The notes below the pieces were generated by a model that had not been told where the DNA came from, ran no database searches, and was given only the letters and a program-made list of their open reading frames with translations. A DNA stretch of 64,000 nucleotides. Source: Lingula anatina (Eukaryota > Animalia > Brachiopoda). Where the stretch lies: assembly GCA_051362555.1 (NCBI GenBank), contig CM120647.1, positions 11,818,651 through 11,882,650 of the forward strand, written 5' to 3'. The position numbers and the translations under genes were made by a program. Of this stretch, positions 27,801-38,000 are shown piece after piece; the stretch's first letter is position 1, and each line of letters opens with the position of its first letter.

Positions 27801-30800
27801 TTAAGTGAATTTGGGTTACAGAAATTATAGCGGGAAAATAAACACCGCTATGTCAACTTTGATCACATGATTTCCCTACTGACAAGTAACTGAGACATGC
27901 AGGATTTTTATATTCTAATATTTTGGTTTATCCCGTTAAAACATGTTAATGTCAAATGGTGACTCGACGGGATTGATTTGTATGGGTTTCAACCCATCAA
28001 CAAATGCCAGAGTGAGTTTTTCAACTTGTTTATTTCCCATTTGACTTAACCTTGTCGTGTTTGGCTGGCAAACGTTCGATTATCTTAATGAACACGATTT
28101 GCAACGGGAAGAATTATAATCCAAGAAGAAGGTATTGGAAAGAAAAAAACACTATTAAAGGCTTTAAGGGGTTTAAAACTTGGGGGTCCTTTGCCTTTCC
28201 TCTCATTCTGCATACACTTTGTGTCAAACACACACAAACACTTTGTGAAATCCTGTGTTATATGAACGTCATTTTGAATATTGTCTGTCTCATACAGCTT
28301 CAATAGATAGTCTCGCTGCCATAATGGGGGTATACAGCTGTATTAACAAACTGGGGCTTATTGGCACACATATAGGTCAACTAATGAGAAAAAATATAAA
28401 AAACGCTCATGATTTGTCAAGTGTTGTGCATGTTGCCTTTGGGAAAAGTGTCACTTAAGTCATGACAGTGTTGTCCATGTGGTATAAATGTATCGTTGCT
28501 CTTTATTGCATTGACAAATACATTGTTTCAATGACTTGTTCTTTGTGACGTACGTGTTCGTGCTGACAGTCTGGGAGCGTGTTATAGATTGATGGGACTC
28601 CAGTTTCATTTTTTTCTCCTCAACTTTTACCGCACTTGTACGAACAAATCGTTGCACTGACCCCAACTGAGCATTAATCACTCAGACAGTGGTAAGTTGT
28701 GAAATGACACAATCGATAGCATTTTGTCGACTTCGAAGTTTATTCGCAGATGAATTATTTACCATGATTTATATTTGAGTATCGAGCAAGCTCAAAATGA
28801 ATGATCTACCATATGTTTTGACAACTTATTTCCCATGCGTTCAGCAGGACCCCAACACATTAAAAACGTGGATCGGATGATGTATCGCTGCTTAATTGAT
28901 CTTTTAATCTGCAGTGTATTTGATCTATCTCATTAACCAAGCAAGAGCTGAAAACAAAGTGCCGAATGCAATGATTTTTTTATACGATAACTTAGCAACA
29001 GTAATATAACCACGAAGTTAGATGTGTCTGTATTAAATACTGGTAAAACCACATGCTACATATTTTATTGCACGTACCCAGTAGGATGATATTTAGTATG
29101 AGTCGTGTACGCAAAGATAAGGGTACTCTCTGAGAAAAGTGTCACTTAAGCCATGACAGTGGTGTCCACAGGGCGCGTTAGTAGTCTGATTCAAAATAAT
29201 TGTAAGGCACATACATATACGTGTACTTCAATTTTGTGCACTATACTAGAAGCTCCTGATATCTAATATAACGTCGTCATCTTTCTCACAATCAGTTTTG
29301 CTAAAGTTCGAAACTCGCCTTCTGTTATATGCATAACTGTCTAATGAAACACTGAGCCATGGTAGCATAACTTCATGACTAACTAGAAAAGCACTCCGAG
29401 AGCGCAGACCTTCGCCACGGCAGCAATTTTTTATTATTATCGATTATTGATTGATTATTGATCCGGATCACCACCAAAAACTAATCATCTCTCCCTTGGC
29501 CCACTTCTGACAGTTCCTGAAAGTTTCATCAAAATCGGTCCATAACTTTTTGAGTTATGTTGATGACAGACAAACAAACAAACAGACAAACAGGGGTGAA
29601 AACATAACCTCCTTGGCGGACGTAATCAACGGTGACCCTCTCATTAAAGAAGTCACTTGATTACAAAGGTGGGCATTAATCTATTTGTATTTACTTTCAG
29701 TATCTTGTTCGCTGACATCAAGGGTTTCACCCAGTTCTCCTCTACGGTATCTGCTCAAGAGTTAGTCAAGACCCTCAACGAGATGTTCGCCCGCTTCGAT
29801 AAATTGGCCAAGGTATTCTGCTAAATAACGCAATGTAATGTTTTTATTTGATTACTCGTTCGTCTGGTGTTATAACTTTCGAAGACTGCGTGTTATTCAA
29901 CTGGCACAGGTATACGCATCTCTGTTTTTGCCTTTTGTTCTTCAATGTTACTTTTCTTTTGATAATTCATTTATCTTTTAATTAAGTCTGAAACCTGAAG
30001 TTCCCAAAAATAAAATAACAAACAGTGGCCCACTAGTGCCTGAAATTTTGAAGACATTTTTCGGTGATTTTTAATAATTAGGGAGCCAAGCACTATGGAG
30101 CGTATCTGTACTTTAAAAATGGTTGATGAGGTAAAAAAAACAGATTAGCCAGTAAATCGACCAGAATGTGCCAGAACAGATCTCTGTTTGCAGTGCTTTC
30201 CACTCGTAATTATAGACCCCATAAAGTAATGTGGCTCTCAATTACAGCAAATGGAAACATCTGTCGGCTCATTACAAGAGTTGCTTACAGAGATTATCAG
30301 AAAGTACTGAGATTTACAGATTACCTCACGACAAAGAACAGTTCAATGCACAGTAGATCTCTGTGCTGGTGTCATAATTATTTTCTCATCTTGGCAACAT
30401 TTAACGTTCGTTTAAATGAATACGCAAAGGTTAAAACGCTGCGTTCTCTGTATGTTGACAAAACAATCATTTTCTCGCCATGAAATCAGGTTTAAGCAAA
30501 TACGCAATTGCAATTTTCATTATATTCTCCGCATGTTCAGTGGCATCAACATTTTCACACGGCATCATGCAGCTTACAGAGTGCAGGCATGTAAAGACGA
30601 GGACACTACTGTATAAGTACCTGTAGATCTAGCCGTTCTCCTTTCAAAATGTCAAGGTCATCCATTTAATCATCATTTTCACAAGTCTGCAAACTGTAAG
30701 CTAGAGGGTAATGCCCTTTGTATGGTATTGGAAAAATAATAAAACTGATGATCCAAATTGCTTGCAAAGACGACCATTTTAGCCCTTCACCTTGCACGCT

Positions 30801-33800
30801 CTGCGGGAAGGGGGGGGGAGAGGCAGAGAGTATGGAAAAACGTTTTTGCTTTGAAGTTTTGTGAAATTGCTGATGAAAATGGATGAACCCTTAACATTCA
30901 AGCTGAAACACGACCACATTATTTTTCCAGGAAAATGGCTGCCTGCGTATTAAGATTCTCGGGGACTGTTATCTGTGTGTTAGTGGACTGCCGGAAGCTC
31001 GACCTGATCATGCCCACTGCTGCGTTGAGATGGGCCTCGCTATGATCAGAACTATCAAGTAGGTTCTGATAGCATTTACTAGTTCGTACAAAGGGCTTAA
31101 AACCAAGGAAAATATCTGTAGGCAGCAGTTGAAGTTGAAGCCTACGGTGAATAATACTTAACCCCCCCCCCCCCACCCACAAAATAAAAAAATATATATA
31201 TTTAATGAACAATTAACTGAAAAATTGCAAAGATGTGTATATGGTTGACAAGTAGAGCACTACGTTGACGTCCTCAAAACAGATGTTATCACTTCTTCTA
31301 GGCCAGTCAATAAACAACTTAGGTTGGAAAAATATGTGACAAATGTTTCTCAACTGTTTCTGTGACATTGTGTTCCCAAGATATGGACTTCAAGGTGACC
31401 CACCCCATTTAATGGCGGCCATTTTGGATTTTCGCCGAAAACAGGACTTTGTCATGGGGGGATTCATGGGGAAAATTTTTTGGGCTATATTGGGCCTTCA
31501 ACGGACCGGAATCAGTTGAGAAACCTTTGTCACCAATTTTTTCCAACCTCAATGGGAAAATATGCTCGTTTACTGGCCTATTCATAACGTATGTATTTCA
31601 GAACGGTCCGCGAGGCGTATAAAGTTGACCTAGATATGCGGATAGGGATCCACACTGGAGCCGTGTTGTGTGGAGTGCTGGGACTCCGGAAGTGGCAGTT
31701 TGACGTGTACTCCAATGACGTCACAATGGCCAATATGATGGAAGCCGGAGGGATACCGGGGTATGTATGGCTGTGCACGTTAGAAATGAAATTATGATAT
31801 TTCCAATGTGCACTTGGAATCAACTCGAAAGCAGGTTTTGTAACTGGTATATGTAATGTATTGTAATGCACATACAGTACGTCAACATTACTAAAACAGA
31901 CATACATGTACACCTCTAACATTAGTGGTTATTGCAAATTATGAATAATGTTAATTTATCAAGAATTGTACTTTAATTAACATAAATTAAGCTTTTACAT
32001 ATATTTATTTTATTTTATTTCATTTTTATTTATTTATTTATTTGTTTGTTTGTTTGTTTGTGTTTACTTATTCATTTTTTTTGCTTTTCCATTTTAATTT
32101 TTGTCATCTTATGAAGAAATAAAGGAAAACACAATCAGACAAGCTAGCGTAAGGATAATTTCGGTTTTCCTTTCCCAGACGTGTTCATGTGTCCGCCGCG
32201 ACATTAAAGTTCCTGGGTGACGATTACAAAGTAGAGCCGGGAGAGGGAGCACACAGGAGTGACTACCTGAGGGATCATAATGTAGAAACCTTCTTAATCA
32301 GTAACGAGTACCTGGAACAACAGGTGGGTAGACGCTGTGATCGCGCGTGTATTCTACGTATATACTCTGCCTGCTCCTCATCGGCTAAACCAACTACAAT
32401 GGTATAGTCATAAGGGAACCTTAAGTTTTATTTATGCAATAAAAGATACATGAGTGTGAACGCGTGCTGTCGTGTGTGTGTGTGTGCGCGCCTCATATGT
32501 CACTGTAACCATTAAGCAATATTATATAAAAATACATAAATAAGTTTTGTCATAATGTTATTTATGTCATTTCATTTTCAGCATGACGTCAACAGAAATG
32601 GCTTCTTACCGTCCCATCGCGCCTCGTGCCGTATAGACGCCAACGGCCATCTCCGCTACTCCTCGGAGGACTCCGTATGGGCCAGTGATGTCACAGCTGT
32701 TGCGGGACAGGTAGGCGCGTCTTACTCAAAATAGAATAAGAGTTGCTGCAGGTATGACACCTCTGGCGTATGTGAACTCATTGTCGATAAGGCATCAAAT
32801 TGATTTTGTGACGTTATAGTGACGTGAGCATGACGTTGAAATACATCACGGGGTTTCTGGAATTTGGTGATACACGGGTATGAGTATATTATCATTAAAA
32901 AAACAGAAAAAATAATAAATTATACTGATTTAACCAACGAATTATTGATTTTATTGTTATTTGGCGGATATTTCAGAACTACACGGTTGCGGGTGCCCTC
33001 CAAAGTCTCTTGCCGCAAGGTATTTCTAAAGTAGTACGTCGTCGGTCCACAGGTGCAGAAGTCAATCTTCACATCATAAGAGCGATAGAGGCCAAGACGG
33101 ACCACACGTTACGGAAAACGCACATGAAAGCTTTTACGTTAAAGTTCAGGGATTCGGTCGCAGAAAATCAGGTGAAAAACATTAGAATTGTTCAATTCAC
33201 GCGTGATACATAATATTATGTGAAAGATGCCGTTTTCATACATCCTGAGATACTTTTACCGATTTTAAAATCTGCAACCTTTTTCTGTATAACCTGTATC
33301 GCAATATTTAGTTTAAAGTCATGGTCTGTTTCTATCTTTTTTATGCTTCCAGTACCACGGATTGAAGGACGACACATTCAAGACAAACACCGTTGTCTGC
33401 AGCGCCATCTTTGTTTTGCTTATAATTTACCATATAGCCTTGTTTTTTGGAGAAAAGTACGTGTTTAATTATTGGTGATTGACTTCTAGAATATCTATCT
33501 ATAAAGCGAAGATAAATGTTATGTCGAAAAACTATGCAAAGTGAACATTATGAACTGGAACGCTTCTACAAGTCCATAACAAACTTGATATTTTATTCAA
33601 GTACGAAAACATTCACCCAGATGCATTGTGTATAAGCTTGACAAATATGCCAGTAGTTATGCTAGATAAGCAAGCGTATTTATTTATTTTTTTTTTAATT
33701 AAAAAAACATTATCTGACTAATATTTTTTTAGAAAAATTATTTTAATATTTGATGATATTTTAATAGCCATTTAACTTATTATCATGACTGCCATGACGT

Positions 33801-34962
33801 AATGCTTTTGAACTTTGACCTTTCAGTCCATACCCCATTATCCTGGCATTTTCACTCGGAATAGTGATGTATGTAGTCATTTTCGTCATACTGTTTGCGG
33901 AAGAATACATGTGTTGCCAAGCGACGGTTGCCAAGGTTTCAAAATGGGCGACAAACAACCGCCACTGTAGATCCGCCATGGTGCTATTTCTTGTACTCCT
34001 CAACTTTCTGGTTTCTCTCATGTGTTTTGTAAGTATGACAATATCTTAGGGTACCAAACAGAAGAATGAAAATATTAATATTTACACCGGTACAATCATG
34101 AGTACAAACGCCCATGTCAGTTAGCCAACAAAATGGAGATACTCAGAATATTGACATTTTTAGTTAAAAGCAGCCCCTCCACCGTAATGAAGACATACAG
34201 TGTAAAATGAGATGATTTATAATTTATTATGTTGCTGAGCAACGTGTTTGATTTTATCGAAGAATATTACCAAAAGTGAGCACCAGCATAAATCTTTGAT
34301 ATTTAAGTTGTTATAATCTGGTTTGCTTTTAGTATTCCGAGTGCCAAATGCTAAGGGGAAGCAAATGTATTCTGCCCGAGGTAAGTAATAATTTACATTT
34401 CTTCTAATCTCTATACCACACAGTTCATTTATAAAACCATAATCGCGTAATTTCTAGAGTCCAGAGCATGTCATTTCGGAGTTAAGGCTTACCGTATTAT
34501 AAAAGAGCCGTTTTAGGCAGATTTTCAAAGGCAGTAACACTGCACCGTTCCTGTTAAGGTCATTCATTTTGACATGATATTTCTATATACCTCTTCTATT
34601 GTTTTCAGACATTTCCGCTTCTTTTATTTAAATATTTAAAATTTTTCAAAAATCTTTCAGACGTGTTTCTACTCATGGATGCCCGTTTTAGTATCTTGTG
34701 CCATTTTTTTACGATTCCGCAACCTTTACAAAGTTCTCCTTCTCACGGCAATGACGACTGTCTACGTCATCATACTGGTCGTGTATGAACGTCATCTGAC
34801 GTCACAGTAAGTAGTTCTATTGCTCACTTTCTATGGAAAAGATCATTACGCGACATTACATGACATTTACTTATTAAAGAGGCATTGATGCATAAAGCGA
34901 ATGCCCTTTTTATAGTTTGGTATATGATGTAATATTTGAAAAGGCGGAACTAACAGTGATGG

Positions 34963-35013
<51 letters not shown>

Positions 35014-38000
35014 TTCTAGTTCAATATATGATGCCCTTGTGATACTATTGGCCTTTGCGTTGATTCTTCTACTCCACACCCGGCAGGTAAAGTAACCCAA
35101 CTTAGAACACATGACTTTAAATTATACATGTATATTGTCATCTTATTGGAATGATTACACGTTGCTTTGCAAGATCATTCAATTCAGATACACAATACTA
35201 GTTATTTGCAAAAAATAATAATAAAAATAAATAAATAAATACAAATATAAAAAAGAGCTGTTTAGTTTTGAGATAAAGATGATCCAATACAATTTGCCTT
35301 AATATTTGACAAGACAGCATTCCAGTACTTGGTCAAGTCATGTTATTTTGTGTGCAATTTCTAGCTTGAATGGAACACACGGCTTCACTTTCTGTGGAAA
35401 CTACAGGCTAAAGAAGAGATTTGTGATATGGAAGAACTGCAGGAACATAACAGACATTTGCTACGGAATATACTTCCGGATCACGTGGCTTTTTACTTCC
35501 TGGCCAGCGACAGGAAGGATGAGGTATGGGAATTTGATGAAGAAGACATGGACCATGTGCTAAAAAAATACTGGAAACAATTTGTTCATTTAAAGCACCT
35601 ACTTCTTTACTTAAAGAAAATCCCATTTAAAAAATTAAAATCAAGTCGCCAAAGAAGACTTCTAATATAAAAATATGGAATATTTTTCTACAAAGACACA
35701 ACACGACTTGTCTCTCTCTATATAAATCTAAGGTATTGGCGTTTACTGTTAGTTTCAGTACTATTAAGATAACAGACAGACGTCATGGCAGGCCAGCATC
35801 AGTAGTGGTCCTGCTACCCCCCCCCCCCCCTCCCCTTCGGTTTCTAAAAAATATAAAAAAGTCTAGCTGAATCGTAGTTCTAAACTGCACCAAATGGCAC
35901 CGTTTGCCCTCCAAACCCTCCAACATTTTTCGCAGCCCTTAAGCAAGCGCCGAACACCACGCCAAGGGGGCAAGGGTCAGCTTCGCACCCAAGGCCAAGT
36001 TGTCATCCCTAAAAAAACGGACCCCTCGTCAAATAATCCTGGATCCCTAAACCCCTGAGCATCGTCTTTCTGTTTATTCCAGGACCTCTATGCACAATCG
36101 TATGACAAAGTGGGGGTGATGTTCGCCTCCATTCCTAACTTCTCTGAGTTCTACAATGAGGTGTCTTCCAATAATGAGGGTATAGAGTGCCTTCGACTGC
36201 TCAACGAAATCATAGCAGACTTTGACGAGGTGAGCAAAATGGGTAATTCTGCATCTTTGTGTTTCGTTCTGGTTAAATCTCGTTTATTGCATGTACGTAT
36301 ACATCTGTTCATTGTCCCATGCTTCTCAACGAAACCATTGCAGACTTTGACGAGGTGAGAAGACTGTCCAGATCTTTTCTTTTTGTTACGGTCCGGTCAA
36401 AACTATTTTATACGTGTACACTGTATGTAATGCATTCATAGCAGTCCTTGGCGTTGTGAGGGGAATTTGCAGTACTGCATCTATCTATGTTTTACGTTCT
36501 GGCATAAGTTTGTCGAAAACTTGGTATGTTTTTCGTCAATTTGTTATCAAAATCATCTTAGATTTTAACTCAATTAGGGTAATTAAACACATTTATATGT
36601 CATTTATGGTGGTGTTAAGACTCTTAAATGTGTGGTAAATTAGATTGTAAAATATAATTGCATTGTGTTGTCCAAATGTGATGTAAATTTGAGAGTTTTA
36701 GCTTTTAAGATAATGAAGTTTCGTGTAAATAATGATATCTTGTTCTGTCTCGACAGTTGTTAAATGAAGAGCGTTTCCAGTGCATAGAGAAGATTAAAAC
36801 AGTTGGCAGTACCTATATGGCTGCGTCCGGGCTGGCCCCGGATTACAAGGTAGATATCAAAACCGGAATTGTCACGTGACCTACAATAATCCGATTTCAA
36901 TACCGGAATAGTCACATGGCCTTTCTAATTCGTTGCCTGTACTAATATTGTCTAGATCCTTTGACATGATTTGGTCGTGCTTGTTCACTGAAAGAAGAAA
37001 ATTATTAGGTATATAAACAGCAATCTTACAAACATTACATTAACATGCAAATGCAGCTTTTTAAAATTTCAGGGAGAGAAATAGGCAAATGATTGAGACA
37101 TGGGCCTAACTTTTTTAATCTTTCTCTTTTTTCCTCTCTCCCAAGCCTATGCACGGGGACGTGTGGGAACATTTATGTGCCTTAGCAGACATGGCGATTA
37201 CTATGAAAGAGGTCCTCACAGAAATCAACATCCATTCCTTCAATGCATTTCATTTAAGAATAGGTGAGTTCTTGTCTGGTTTTGAGCACATTGAATCTAT
37301 CGACATCAAGAAGACAAGATGGAACAGTGTCGTTTTAAAAGGGATATGTGGCGTCAAAATACACTCTTGCCCAAAATGGTTGGTACACTATAACAATAGC
37401 TGGAGGAGGTGGTTCTGTACAAATTTTGGGGTGCCATTTGCAGCAACGGCATTTGCCCATTGCTTCCTCTGGATGAAAACCTTAACGCTGCCAGATACAG
37501 AGACATTCTCCAGGAGAACCTTTAGCCATTCGCAAGAGGGATATACAGAGACAATTTTAGATTGCAACATGACAATGCAATTCAACACACAGCCCGCTTA
37601 ATTGCAGACTTTATTCGACAAAACAACATTCAGCTGATGCCACAGCCAGCAAGAAGCCCAGATGCAAACCCAATTGAGCACATGTGGGACGAATTTGGTC
37701 GTGCTATTCAGAGGAGAAACCCTCCCCCTGCAAATCTAGATGAATTGCGAGATGCCCTTCAATATGAATGGACCAGAATTCCTCTCCAAAGAGCTGTAAC
37801 TCTAGTTCACAGTATGCCACGCCGTTTGGCGGCCATTAACCAAGCTCGGGGTGGGCATACCCGCTATTGAGATTAATAATGAACTCTGAAGATGTTTCTT
37901 GACAATTTCCCCTAATTTCATATTAATTGTCACTCACAGTATAAATTTATGTTTAATTTTTTCACTTGGTACTGTTATGTAAAAAAAAGTACTTTTTTGG

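Noticed and set aside
37149-37601. 150-aa ORF suggesting a cyclase-transposase fusion
   Set aside because: Read-through of exon 18 past a canonical GTGAGT donor into the intron; within the Tc1 it is not in the transposase frame.
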